Below are positions 45,400 through 59,671 of a stretch of DNA of 64,000 bases, piece by piece (the first letter of the stretch is position 1; each line of letters opens with the position of its first letter). The translations under genes were made by a program, and so were the position numbers. The notes beneath the pieces are model-generated. The model saw only the letters and a program-made list of their open reading frames with translations. It did not search any database and was not told the origin of the DNA. Origin of the DNA: Sphagnum compactum (lineage: Eukaryota); assembly GCA_965153455.1 (NCBI GenBank), contig OZ234493.1, positions 35,516,213 through 35,580,212 of the forward strand. The letters run 5' to 3'.

Positions 45400-45660
45400 A
45401 GGCCCCATTTTTGGGAATTGCCCCACTTTGTGGCATTACCCTAGATTGCCTCATCCTCCTGGGCCCCTTTGTTTGGGAATTGCCCCACTTTGTGGCTTTA
45501 CCCTACATTGCCTCATCCTCCCTTTGGGCCCCTAGTTCGGGAATTGCCCCACTTTGTGGCTTTACCCTACATTGCCTCATCCTCCCGGGCCCCTAGTTCG
45601 GGAATTGCCCCACTTTGTGGCTTTACCCTACATTGCCTCATCCTCCTAGGCCCCTTAAGT
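45400..45660. repeat. ~62-bp minisatellite, about 4 copies
   Basis: gggaattgccccactttgtggc.ttaccctac/gattgcctcatcctcc...gggcccc at 45413, 45476, 45539 and about 45601. Confidence 0.92.
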
Positions 45661-48410
45661 GGAATGCCTAGGGCAGGGGCTTTCCATTACAAGTACAAAT
45701 TAATAACCTGATAATGAGTTTTGGGTTTTTTTTATGAAGGATCTTCTTCCAATATTTTTGTGAGTTATTTTGTGGGAGAGACCAAGTGGTGATGGTGGTT
45801 TAGTAGTAGCACCACAAACTGTTCAAATAAAGCTTCCTGACTCAAACAGGGTCTGGTTTTACCAAAGCACTTATTTGTTCTTGAAAGACAAGTTGCTTCA
45901 GAACTACATCCCAAGTGGAATCATAGTTATGAATTTGTAAACAATTGTAGTAGGGTAGCTCAATGTTATCACGAGGGCACACTATGAAACATGACTCGGG
46001 ATTGTTAAATCTTCCTATTGAAACCCTCATATGGTGTTTCTTTTATTGGCAAATTTTTGCCACAATTCAACCTGAAATATATGGTTTCAACCTATACAAA
46101 GGATTTTTCATGGAAAAAATGACACACTTTCACCAGATTTTGAAAAATAAAATCAAATCAAATGGCCAGACTTTTATGATAAGTCCGGGTAGGAAGCCAA
46201 GAACATAGAAAGATTCTGTCTTTTTTTTAACATATTAATATATAACCAAACTTGGCTAAATTACTTTTCATATCATCGTCGTCGCTTTGGCTACATCACA
46301 AAATCCTTGAAAGAAACCCTGCCCTTATATGGCAAACTAGAGTTCCTAAAACGAAGCACTCATGTGCCAAAACTTGAAAATAAACCTTCATTAAATTATG
46401 TTACAATTTATTGGCCAATATATAATATACTATCTTCAAATGACATTTGTGGTGTCAAGATTATCAAAAACTTAATATCTTTAAAATCACATGCCAGGGT
46501 TGAGACCACCCCCATCCAGATTCATCTAAAACTGTGACTCATTTGAAACCAAACCAGCCACAGTGAACCCCCAGCACCCACTAGCGCACCATGAAGGATG
46601 GATGGATGGTAAGTGATTAGGAAACAGTTTTCTGTCGGGTTCCACTTCCCTGGTTAACCATGGTGGTTAGCTCAGTTGCTTTTTTTAAACCAGCTAACAA
46701 CCCACAAGCAAGCAGGTTGTTAGTAGGTAGGTAGTAAAAACAGCCCTTACCCATGTATAAACCATCTACTTACCTGGTAGTTATCTATTTTCTTACCTAT
46801 CTGCCTATATATGAAACCTATTTCCAACAGAATTGTTACCAAGGTGAAATCAAATATTAACTCAGTTGAGGGTATTATGATGCTCCAACCCTTCCAACAT
46901 GTTTTTTTCTCTTTCACTCCATCACTCATTGTTTTGAGGACTCATTAAAGTCATCCATAAAGTCAAGAAAAGACAGCACCAGAAACTCTCCCCCCCTCCC
47001 CCCTCTTTGGTCTCGTAGGTGATGAGATTTCAAAAAACAGGGAAAAGAAGTACACCGGGCTTCTCAGTGGGGGCATGAAACTCAATTTTGGTGGTAATCT
47101 GAGTTCGTTCGCCTCACGATATGTATGTGTCCTGTAGCTATATATATATGTTCTCGAGCCTCATGGATTTAATCCTGAGTCTCAGCAGCATTTCATACCC
47201 TTATTTGATAAAATTTCATGACTTTGCGGATAACAACAACAGCCAGGAGAGGGGATGAAGCATCAAATGAGGGGGTGAAACTCAGGCCCAACAACGACAG
47301 GGCATGACTTTACGGGGGAAAAGCTTTAATACTATTTCCTTGATTGATTCTCACTTTCATTCCTTGTTTCCTAAAATTTTCAACAATTATGTGTTCTGAG
47401 AAAACAGAGAAGACCTTAAATAAGAATAGAGTCCTTACCGCAAAGTACTGCCTGCTTCATTTTTTTCCCTGACTGCCCCTTTGCCTGTCCAAGCTGTGTT
47501 GGGAGGTTTCCAGACACATTTTGATGCTGCCCATTATAGTCTTGGGGTCCTCTTATGCACAAGTTTTGTTGTTTTTTTACCAAAACTTTGCGAATATTTT
47601 TGGAAAAATGTGTTTCTCTAGTGTGAAATTGACTAATTTTGCAAATTTTGCTAATTTTTTTGAAAATTTAGTAACCATTTAATATTAAAAATTTGAGGGA
47701 AAAAAAACCCTGATCATGTCATATGTAATTGCAACCCAAATCGTGTTATATTAATATCCACCATGATCCTCACGAAAAAAAATTTGACTATATCATTCAA
47801 AACCAATTGTAGTCCATATTTTGAAACATTGGAATTCAGGGATACAGCCATCCATGGGGGAAAATTTAGGGTGAGTAATCAACACTTTGTATATTATAAA
47901 CGATGTTTCTTTTTTCAATTTTGTTATGTAACCAAGGTGGCAATCTTCCATAAGGTGGTTTAGCCAATTTTGGTTATTAAAAATATTAAAGGAAAATTCT
48001 TAACCTTCTTGTTTATTTTTGACTACTTACTTTAATTGTGTTTAGAAATCTCACAATTTTGTTCAGATTTTTTCTTTTTTGGAATTTTTTTTCAAAAAAT
48101 CATTGAATTTGTGACATTTTATTTCAATTTTTTTGCAATAATGTGAAATTTTGCACCAAAAAAGAAGTTGATCATGAATGGACTTCCCAACTATGAAACC
48201 AAACCTATAATTAAATTTGGAACCAAAGATCAAAATGAAAACCAAACTTATGTGTTAATTTAAAGTAAGCTAAATCAAAAATCAAACCAAAAATCATTAC
48301 TAGCATTGTGTGTCTGAATTATTTTAATTAGCTCATTGTCAACAAATGTACAACCCCAAGGAAAAAAAAACCTTAATCTTTAAGTTTTGTGCAAAATTAA
48401 ACTAACCTAA

Positions 48411-50669
48411 CACTACTAGGAAATGCGTCCTAGTTCACTATGAGTTTCACTAGATTTTTGAATGAATTTGGACATTTTTACCTAGTGAAATTGTTTAACC
48501 CCCTAATGAACAGGGACCAGTTGCTACGGACAATGACTTGTTTCATTAGTATCTAGTGAAACAAAATTACTTTCAAGTGAAATGCAAATTTACTAAACCA
48601 TTCACTTGCTAGTTAATTAACTAACCAGTATGGAAATTAGTTAAATTTTAATTATTTAACATATAATATTATTGATAATTTCATGATTTTTAAAGCTTAT
48701 TATTTATTGACACGTGTCACTACCTACGTTACGATAAAAACCTAGCCTAAGTAGGTAGGTAGGCCACGTAATTAACCTAGGCACCTAACCTAAAAATTTG
48801 ATAGGAGAATATTCGGTCAACATACCATTGTTGACCACACACAATACCACCCATGAGGTTTGATAACTTGGCCTTTGGAATGGGGGCAAACACCTTTACC
48901 ATCAAACCACCCCACTTGTTGTGATAATATGCTACATTACATTCTATTTATCAAATACTTCATTTTAAACATTACAAAAACATAAACTTTGAAAATTCAT
49001 ATCTTATTGAGATTTTGTTCAAATGAAATGATCAAGTTCACTCTTTTTTTTAATTCAATAATGTACATAATTACATTTATTTCCTTTTGAAAGTTTAAAA
49101 TCATTTGAACAAAAAAAAGTTGAATATCATTATTCAATAACATTTCAATGACCATTCTTTTGAAAGAAAAAAGGTTTAGTAAATGGATTTTTTTTGTTAA
49201 TATAATAATACTACTTATGTTAAACTACTTTCAATTACTATATGACTGTTTTTCATTAATTTAAATTATTTCACCCTACATTATTTATGGCTATTTATGG
49301 CTATTCTCGATTACTTTTGGTTATTTTTGGCTATTTCACCCTAGGCTACTTTTGGTTATTTTAAGATATTTTTGGCTATTTTAACTTATTTCACCTAAGG
49401 TTATTTTCAGTTGTTGTAAGTTTTTTTTGCTATTCTATGTTATTTTTGGCTATTATAAATTATTTCAATTTAGACTACTTGCAGTTATTATAGATTATTT
49501 TTGGCTATTTTAACTTATTTCACCTTAGGCTATTTTCAGTTATTATAAGTTTTTTTATCTATTCTATGTTATTTTTGGCTATTGTAAATTATTTCAATTT
49601 AGACTACTTATAGTTATTACAAGTTACTTTTGGCTATTGAAAATTATTTCACCTTAAGTTATTTTTGTTTATTATAAATTATTTCACCTTAGATTATTTT
49701 TAGCAATCCTAAGCAATTATAATATATGGCTATTGGTTGTTCTTTTATTAGTGCTATTGGTGGTTATTAATGGCTATTGGTGGTTATTCTATTAATGGCT
49801 ATTCGTGATTAATCTATTAATGGCTATTGGTGGTTATTCTATTAATGGCTATTGGTGGTTATTCTATTAATAACTATTAGTGATTATTCCGTTGTAAGCC
49901 ATTGGTGGTTATTTTATCGGTGGTTATTGATGGCAATTTTATCAATGGTTATTAATGGTTATTGTATTATAAATTATTGTTGGTTATTATATGTTATATT
50001 ACAACTATTGGTGATTATTATATTATAAATTATTGTTTGATATTCTATGTTATAATATCATAGGCTATTGGTAGTTATTATATTATAGGGTATTTAAAAT
50101 TATTTTTCATAGGTTATTATTTTCTATTCTAAGTTATTTTTACCTTTGATCATTATATTTTGTTTTAGATTATTTTAAAGTTATTATGCTTAGGAGAAAA
50201 TGATTTATAATAACATTAAGTAGAATGACCTTGAATAATTTAAAGTATAACTTGAAATAACATATATTAATTTAAAATAAAATAACCTAAAGTATAGCCT
50301 AAAGTTAGTCGAATAATTTAATTTTAAATAAATTAAAATATTATAATAAACTAGTTAAGATATTTTAAAGTAAAATATCATATAATAATTTAGGGTACAA
50401 TAATTTATAATAGCCTATAATAACATAAAATATAAGTTAAAATAACTAAAGTAGCTTAAAATAATATAGGGTATATCACAAAGTAACATAGATATAATAT
50501 TTTTAAAAACATAAAAATAAACCTATTTGCTTTAGTAAATTGCAATAGTAAATTATGTTAACTAGAAATGAAACATGATGTCTACATAATGATATTATAA
50601 TGAAATAACTTTCACTAGGTTAAATCAGTAAAATGCAATGAAGTTATTTCACTTTTAAGGTCCCATAGT
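48411..50669. mobile_element. Possible non-autonomous CACTA-type element with a low-complexity interior
   Basis: CACTA at 48411 and 48436, TAGTG at 50665-50669, subterminal TTCACTA/TAGTGAA motifs in both orientations. Interior 49270-50100 is a degenerate ggctatt/ggtggttatt array. No clean 3-bp TSD. Confidence 0.35.
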
Positions 50670-53600
50670 GATTTAAGCTAGTAAATTACACCCCACTTTG
50701 GTAGTAGTGTAAGATCATAGATGGTGTTATATTGGTTCAAGTTTAATTTGACAACAAAATCTAATTTGATCGTTGTTTTTAAAAGCTTTAAATTGGTTAT
50801 GCACCAAATTTTGATCCCCCTTTTCCAATTTTTGGAATGTAACATTACTTCATTGCCAAACTTCAATGAATTGACTACAATTATGTCAAACATAGCCCAC
50901 AATCATGTTTAACCAAATAAATGGATATTTATCCTTACATCATATTGAATTATTTATGTAGGAGAGACTAGTTATTATATTGGTGGTTGTCTCACACCCC
51001 CAATTACCTACTTGTTGCTGCAACCAAGTATGTGTTATTTAAGGTGGTGGTAAAATACAAAGCAATCCAAATAGGGACTTGTATGGCTCGAGGATGGGAC
51101 ATCCTTCCTCTTTAGTTAAATGTATTTTAGTTTCAATATTATATTCTTCTTTTAAACCAAAATGGCCTTCACCCCTTCCGTATTTTAATAACTTAATATA
51201 ATTTGTGGTTATGAATCTAGTAGGTATTGTTATTGCTTGTACACAATAATAATAAACAAAAACAACATCATCTTGAATATTCAACAACTAGTTGGCTACT
51301 ATTGATTAGCATTGTGTATCTAAATCAATTGCGATCAGCCATATCTTTTTGTGTGAAATTTGTCACCCACATGACACGGAGAAGATTTCCTAATCATAAT
51401 ATTTTATTTTATTTTTAAAATCCATACTTAGAACTAACATAAAGGATTTTGCCAATATTTACAACAATTTTAAAAGGTGGTCAAAATTAGAAGGATTCTT
51501 AAGTGTTGGTAAATTCTATTTTTTCTAAACCAAATTTGGCTACAATAGGCTATGTGTGAATGCAATTTGTACTAATATCAATATTTTATTTTATTAAAAA
51601 AATTAAACCTTTTGGTATCAAGTTTTTCAATTTCTCAAAATGGCAACTTTTCAAAAAACAAAAAAGAACAAATAGTTGAATTTACACTAAAAAAATCAAA
51701 ACTTTCCAAAAACAATTCAAATTTTTTTTTGAAAAAATGAAAAAATTGTCTAAAAACAAACAAACAAACCAAAAAAAAACATTAGTTGAGATGTTGAGGA
51801 AAATTGTTACACACACATCATTACAATTATTATGGTAAAATCTTTCATGGTAGTGATTTTTCGCTCGTACAAAAAAAGGTCATTATGGAAAGATTAGTTG
51901 ATTAAATGCCCATAGAAACCTAAATATATGCCTACTATTCATTTTCCAAAATATAGTAGTGTGGCATGTGCCATTAGCCCAAGTATGACTAGGACCTTCA
52001 CAATAAAATTCAATTTGACAAAATAATTTAATTTTTAAATTAATATATAATGATAAAAATTACTTAAATTTCTCTCTTTTTCTAAGGAGGGAGTGGAGCA
52101 CCTTACATTCAAAAATTACAAAATCACTTCCAAGAAATCTCCCTTAATTTTTTTTAACAATACCAAAAGCTTGTCCCAATTTTCTTAAAATATTTAATTT
52201 TGATTTCTTGATTTTTTTGACAAAATTGCTCAATATTCAATAAATATTGCACCATAGATCTAAACACTACTAAATCACCTTGGTGCACCCTTTCTCATTA
52301 AAGGCTTTTCAATAGTGCCAATAGCATAATAATGAAATGTGGTGGCTTGGGAAATGTCATGCACTATCATATCTAAATGTTTAAATTGTTTACCAAAACA
52401 TATCAACATAAACTCCTATTACACAAGTGCACACACATAATCAAATCACTACACCTCGAAGGAATCGAAGCCTTTAATTTAAGCAAAGAAACTTGCTTGG
52501 AAAACTTTACAACACAAAACACATCATAATTTTCAATTACTCAAAAACAAACATACAAAAATATTTTTCACAAAACTTGAAGTTTCAAAAATCATGAATG
52601 AAATTCCAAAGAACAAAAACAAGGTATTATCCTAAATTACTAAAAAGAACATTTTTTCACATTAAGACTATTTTACTTACTTAAAATATCTAATTAAGTT
52701 ATGTTAAGGGGTGAAATTGCAGCCCCCAATCATTACCGTCCTCCAAAAGGTGAGACCAAGGGAACAAAGTCAACATCTTATTACTCAATAGAAAAAAAAT
52801 TACCCTCGCTAACTTATTTTACTCAAGTAATAAATAAGAGTCATACAAAGAACAAATGAAAAAGGTGAGGTTTGTTGTCCAATAACAAACCTATCATCCT
52901 GTATGTAGGCTAATCTAACGGGGTAGGGGAAGAAAATAGAAAATGGCAGTATGGGAAATGATCATAACCCAAGAGTACTTACTCTCCAAGGTTCTATAGT
53001 ACCTTCAATGCCCTTGGGTGTTGCCCTAGTGGGGTATGTAAACTTCTTACAACTATTTTCCCACCTCAGCCAAGGTTACAAGCCTTTTAATGACTATGCT
53101 TGCCGCTTGCACCACTTTAAAATGTCTCCCCACTACTTTCTATTGTTTGTAGCACACTTCATCCATTCATAGCCATTACCTACCACCTATAACATTATAT
53201 TTTCATTTATAAGCAGCTACATGCTAATATTCTCCCCCTTTTTTCTACCACCAAGTATTAGCTCTTACCTTCCTATGGCAATTAGTAACTTATTACTCCA
53301 GAAGCTACCAAGTGATATTCATCTTTACTTTATGTTTTAAAAGAAATACATAATTACCATGTCAAGGAACATCCTACTTGGTATAATATCAAACTACTCG
53401 ACCTTCCACACATCCTAACAAATTACATACACACCAAAACACATTGGATTCCTCAACCATTTTCCATTAAAATCACACTCAAATACAACTAAATTTCCTC
53501 ACTACTCTATCCTCCCTAATAATACAATACACACTTTTCAAGAGAGTCCTTCATTCCAACCTCCAACTATAAAGGTATTGAATGCCTTAAAAGTTCCCCA

Positions 53601-56600
53601 ACACCTCCTCTAATCTTCCTTCTTCACAAATCATACAAAGCCCACATCGACCCCAAGAAAATAAAGCACTTATCTTAATCCCTTCCTAAAAATCTTTTAA
53701 ATAATTAGGTTATTTATTCCTAGCCACTCATTAACATGAACTACTTAATCCCACTAGTTTCATCCTTTGGATAAGGGAGGGTAAATCTACCACTAGTAAT
53801 TTTGAATTATTAAGAAGCCTATTGTACTAACTAATCTAGAAATTTCTATTTGTTAACAAGTTGCATTCATACTAATCATGACCACTATCATTTGCTATCA
53901 TATTTAAGCACCTAACTATCTACCACAACATATCAACATAAACTCATGTTAAATAAACATTCACACACACATAATCAGCCCCCTATATGGGGATAAGGTA
54001 TTTATGAACTAGATAGTAGAACTTATGTGAGTTATGGGATGACCAAAAATGGACACCTTGGTTTCAAATGGTGAATTCAATGGGTTGGGTGTTAATTCAT
54101 GGAACATTGATCACATACCAAGGTGAAAGCATGGTAAGTATGCCAATGAGGGATACTTGATTTAATTTTTAGATTTAAGTAATGATTTTTAATTAAACAA
54201 AGAATCAGAATGTAAATAAAAAATTCAAATTCACATAAATATTTCTTAAATTCAAATATCTATGCATTTCATAACTGAAATATTAATTTTCAAATTTTGA
54301 TAATAAATTCTAGAGTTCAAACATTAATTTTTAGATTCATTATATGTACAATATAAATACATACACATAATTAATATACACACAAATACATATTTATGAT
54401 GTATGTAATATATCGTAAATATGATTTTAATACATACATCAAAATACACTGCTATGTCACCATAGAATACCTTTAAGATGTGATTAATTTGATGACTATT
54501 GCGATTGGTGGGACATATCAATACATTCATGGATGAAAGTAAACCTAAAAGCCAACCAATCGATAGGATGAAGTTTTCAATAGTTGCATCATAATTGGAA
54601 GAGTGACCAAAATAGTTGAAATTTGATCGTATAGTTGTAAATATTCTTAAATTTAGTCACAAACGATTACAAGTTGCATGTAGTTGCAAATGAAGTGGTT
54701 ACATTTTGGCTGATTTCTACTAGTGCATGTACCAAAAGCAGTTGTAACCACTATTTAATTTTTTGAACTTTGGATTGTAAAAAAAATTAAAAAAATAGTA
54801 TATAGATTTTTTTAATAAAATTTTATTGTGAATACATTATGTACATATCATAAAAATTTGGAATCAGCTAATTAATGAAAAATACATATAAGGACTTTTA
54901 ACCTCTTGTAACCATTGTTTAAAAGCTACATAAAAACAATTTTGACACTACAAGCAAAATTTGAAAAATATTTTTTAATGACATATTTTTGGATATTTTT
55001 TAATATACACCTTAACATAATAGTATTAAATTTTTAAAAAAAATTTAATATTTTTTTGAAAGATGTGTTTTTAAAATTCTAAAAATATTTTAATAATGAA
55101 ATAATGGTCTAAGGGGGCACGTGTGGCTTGATCCTAATAATGTGGTTGGACCTTCCTTACAAAAATGATTCCAATGCCCCAAAGATCACACCAAATTGAC
55201 ATTGTATAAAACCATTGTGAATTTCCAAAACAATCCCCAAAATAAAAATATCTATGTTTTTTCTGTGTCATGTCATGATGCATTTAATCACTAGGATTGA
55301 ATTGCTTGAAACCCTTTTTTAAATATTTTTTCGCTCTCTTGTATAATAACGTTCATTTACTAGTTTAGGATGGAAAACAAAAAAGATGAGAAATCCCTAC
55401 TTCCAAATTATGGATGTACACCCATTTACATGGATGAATTTTTTTAAAGTAACAAGAAAACGTTGAATTTCTAATAATAAAATAAAATAAAACAACATTG
55501 TTTGGACCTTTTTTAATAATTTTTTTTGTTTATGAAATATTGTTTATTTATTGATATAGGATGGAAAATGAAAAGGATGAAAAAACCCCACATCTAGATT
55601 ATGGATGCACACCTTTTCACATGGATGAAAAGTTTAAAATTAGAAGAAAATAAGAAATCAAAATTCAAAAATTCAAAAAAATAAAATTGAAAAAGCAAGT
55701 TTGGATTGGCTTCGAACCTCCCCCTTCCCCAAACATGTTTTCAAGCTTGCAATTTGCTACCATTGCACCCAAACTTTGTAGGTTCAAAATAATGGTAGTG
55801 AGGTAGGTGTTGGTGTTGGGTTCTTGTTGCATAAGTTGACGACGAAAGTGTAATGGCGATGCAACAACTATTGTTTTATATTTGTTGATGTTGTGTGAAA
55901 ATGATTACGATGATGAACCCAATGTTGCAACCATTGCTTGCAACTATATTGTTGTTGAGCAAGGATAAAGAAGACATTAATTTGAAGATTGATTCATTAG
56001 TTTCCCAATAGTGTTGACGCAATGTGATTTTACTTGTTCTGATGTCAAAGTGAAGATATTCAACCCAATATAGAAAATTGACAATGGTAGGACCCAAGTA
56101 ACTTCTCCTTTTCCTTTTGTTTTTTTTTTTCAATGTAACTCATTTTGTCCTTAACACTTCGGGGTACTCATAGGCCCCAATTGATGTTTAATTTTTCATG
56201 GAGTTTGAGTTAAGAAAAATCAAGAAAATCAAGAACATAGAAAATTGAATCAAACCTTCAAGAATGAAATTGAACACAATTGTCTTCAAACTTCTTTACT
56301 TCAAAACAAACAACGCAACTGTTGGAATAATAAGAAGAAAATCAAGAAAACGGAAAAAAACTTTGTTTTAATCTTCTTCTCTTTAAAACAAACAAAACAA
56401 GACACTTAGTGTTTCAATAAAACAAAAACTAACAAATAATTGAGTGCATTTCCTTTCCATGAACAAAACTATAATTGAAAGTTCTCATGGAATTGATAAA
56501 ATACAACCAAATTTCAATTCCAAAATTCATAGAAATTTCCACAAATAAAAAAAACTTAACTAAACCTTGGCACTTGCTATTAAAACATAAACTCATTTTT

Positions 56601-57283
56601 TTGAATTACACCAAATTTTTTAAATGATTCTTGATTTTCAAGTCTTAAGGAATCTAAACCAAAAGTTAAGCAAAAAAACTTACAAATAATTTCATATCAC
56701 AAAACACATGATAATATTCAATTACACAATGTTTTTCACAAAATTTTGAAGTCTCAAAAACTAAGAATGAAACTCCAAAGCACAAAATCAAAGTATTATC
56801 AATGTTGGGTAGATATTTAGAAATTGCTAGTATCCTTTATCGATCTATCCCTTGGGATATCGAGCTCCTTGATATTTGGGGGCTATGCTAGATATAAGGA
56901 TTTTACTATCTGGCATGAATATTAGATCTAAGCCTATATTAGGATATCAAGTTGGTAACTAGGTTACATTAATAATTAGGTTAGGTTGTTAGGTTAATAA
57001 GTCATTAGGTTAAAAAAAAAATGTTTTAGTCACCACAACCTAACATCTTTGTTGGGATAGAGCAAAGAGGCCACAATTAACCTTTTTAATCCTCTTTCAT
57101 TTTCACTTTTTATTTTTGCCTTTCTCTTCCTTTTATTTTATTCATCTTATCCTTGTTTCACATTCACATTCTGCTCGCCCCTTCCCTGCATTCTTGTAAG
57201 TTGTTGCAATATTTGATATAGGTTTTTTTTTTTTTTTCTTGAAGTAAGGTGTTTCTTTTTTTTAATTTTATAATTTCATTTGT

Positions 57284-58280
57284 TTGGATGTAGGTTTAAA
57301 GTTTGAAAAAAAAATACAAACCTCATTTTTCTTCCTTGGTATGTTTTTTAACATTGTTATAATTTTTTTTCTCTTTTGTTTGTTCTTTATTTTGTTTATA
57401 TATTTTTTTAATTTTTTGTTTCATTGTATTTCCCTTTGTTTGTTTCATTTCTTTCCATTCCCTTTATATATATATTTGTTTATTTTATGTTCCTATTTTC
57501 ATTTTAAAAAATTTTATGTGTGTTTTTTTCTTCTTTTCTTTTTTTCCTTCTCAATTTTGTTTTAATTTTTTATGGTTATTATAATAATTTTAATTAATTA
57601 ATTATTTATTTATTTTAAATTTAGGTTCGAAGTATGAAAAAAGAAAACAAACTTCATTTTTTTTATTATGGTCTTTTTCATTACTATAAGTTTTTTGTTT
57701 TGTTTGCTCTATGTTTTGTTTTCTTTTTGTAATTTTTTTCTTTCCTTGTTAATATGTTTTGTATGTCCCTTTGTTTTTTTCATTTTTTTCCCATTCCTTT
57801 ATTGTTATTTTAAATTTTAAATATTTTTTTCAATTTTTTCAATTTTTATGTTTTTTTTTTCTTTTTTCCTTCTCAAAATTTTCTAGTTTTTAATATTTAC
57901 CATAATAAAAAAAGTGTTTATTTTACTTTTGTGTTTTTGTTTGTTTGGATTTAGGTTTGAAGTGTGAAGAAAGAAGACAAACTTCATTACTTTTGAGTAT
58001 GGTTTTCTTTCATTACTATAAGTTTTTTTCTCTTTTGTTTGCTCTGTATTTTTTTTTGGATTTTGTTTTTTTCTTTAAGAAAATATTTTACTGTATTTCC
58101 TTTTGTTTGTTTCATTTTTTCCATTCCCTTTCCAAAAAGAAAACTTTTACGTTTGTTTCACGTTTTAATTTTCTATTTTTATTTTATATATTTCCATTTA
58201 TTTATGTTTTGAAGTGTTTATGTTTTTTTCCTGAATTTTTTTCTTGTTTTCTTACCTTTTTCTTAAAATAGTTTTAAACT
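57284..58280. repeat. T-rich degenerate ~330-bp repeats, 3 copies
   Basis: taggtt..aagt.tgaa.aaa..a.acaaac.tcatt motif at about 57290, 57622 and 57952; the F/L-rich ORFs here are compositional artefacts. Confidence 0.7.
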
Positions 58281-58879
58281 CTTTTTTTTTTAAAAATCGT
58301 TTAAATTTTTTTCTACTCATTATTTCTTTTTTGTTTCAACTTTGTTTCATTTTTTTTTAAAAAAGTTTTTCTTTTTCTTTTTGAATTTGAAATTTTCTTG
58401 TGTTGGTTTTTTTCTTATTTCTCAAGTTCGGTTTACAACAATTTTTAGGTTTTTAATTCATTTTGTTTTTGTTTTTAGATTACAAGACTAGAGGAGCTTT
58501 CTGAGTTTTTCACTCTTCACATTCCAAAGGATCATTTATGTTTTTCATTTTTGGTTGATCATAATCATTTTTTGGTATGAGAAGAGTGAAAGGTGAGTAC
58601 TTGTGTTTTTTTATAAAAGTTTTGTAACTACTTACATGGACACACTATAAACTTTATGATGTTTTTTTCAAACCTTTTGTAAACTTTACTTTTTATTGAG
58701 GTTTCTCTCCTTATTTTTATAGAACATTGTGAAAAAAAAGAAAGTGGAATGGAAAATGTACCATGTGAAGTATTCATGAATGAAGAAAAAATTGAAACAA
58801 ACTTAATGGAAGAATAGAATCCTAACTTATAAACCCAAGAGAATGTTGTCCTAGAAGATGAAATAGAAATAACAAAATT

Positions 58880-59671
58880 GCAATTGGAAAAGTTAATGAA
58901 TTAAAGAAGAAATGGAAAGGCTATAATAGAAATGCACTATGTTGACCTTTTTTGCGTGTGAATGATAATAAAGAAATAGATAATAAATGTCATCAACTAA
59001 TGAGATGTTTTCCTCGTTATCATGAACCTATTAAAACATGTCATAAAAGAACAAAGCCAAGGAAATGTTTTAATATTTTATTACAAGACAAATGGAATAA
59101 CTTCCTTGAAAATTCATGTGGATGCAAATCATGCTGTTTTATACAAAAATTTTGAGAAAAAAGATCAACAATTCTTTGAAAGGAAGTGTAGAGAGAGAAC
59201 CAACTAAGAAATGTCTAAACATATCTAGGTCATCAATATTTGATTTATTTATTGCGAAAAGCCTTCACATAAATAAAGCAATGTTGAACAAAAATAGTTT
59301 TTAGAGGACCTTGGTCTATTAGTTGTAAAAAATAACTTACCAATAAAGTTGTCGAAAATGTCTAGTTAGAGAGGCTTTGTATGCATTCATGTCCTTGAAT
59401 GTAGTTTCCATCCCAAAAAACTTTTCAAATGATGTTTTGTTGAGTTTGGTAAAGAAAACTAAACAAAAGTATGTTCTACCTTTATTAAATGATTGTACAA
59501 CCATAACACAAGTTTTGATCTTTGGATGTCCAAAGGGGCGCATGACATTTTTGCTTTAGTTGTTATTAGGTGCTGATTGACAACCTAAACATGTCACTTT
59601 TAAATTTTTTAAAGCTAGTGAGATAATTGGGTAGGCTCTTACTAAGAATTTGACAAAATTATTTGATACAT
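58880..59671 (+). pseudogene. Decayed hAT transposase (BED-finger-adjacent and catalytic N-terminal part), truncated by the retrotransposon insertion
   Basis: Fragments YYKTNGITSLKIHVDANH, FLEDLGLLVVKNNLP, KTKQKYVLPLL, WMSKGAHDIFALV and ALTKNLTKLFDT end abruptly at 59671, where GC content jumps. Confidence 0.6.

Noticed and set aside
45400..45660. CRISPR-like periodic repeat
   Set aside because: Units repeat over their whole length with no unique spacers; eukaryotic context and no cas genes.
48411..54725. One large CACTA element from CACTACTAGG (48411) to TTTCTACTAGTG (54725)
   Set aside because: Flanking 3-mers differ (TAA versus CAT), the TIR match is imperfect, and no transposase remnant was recognised.
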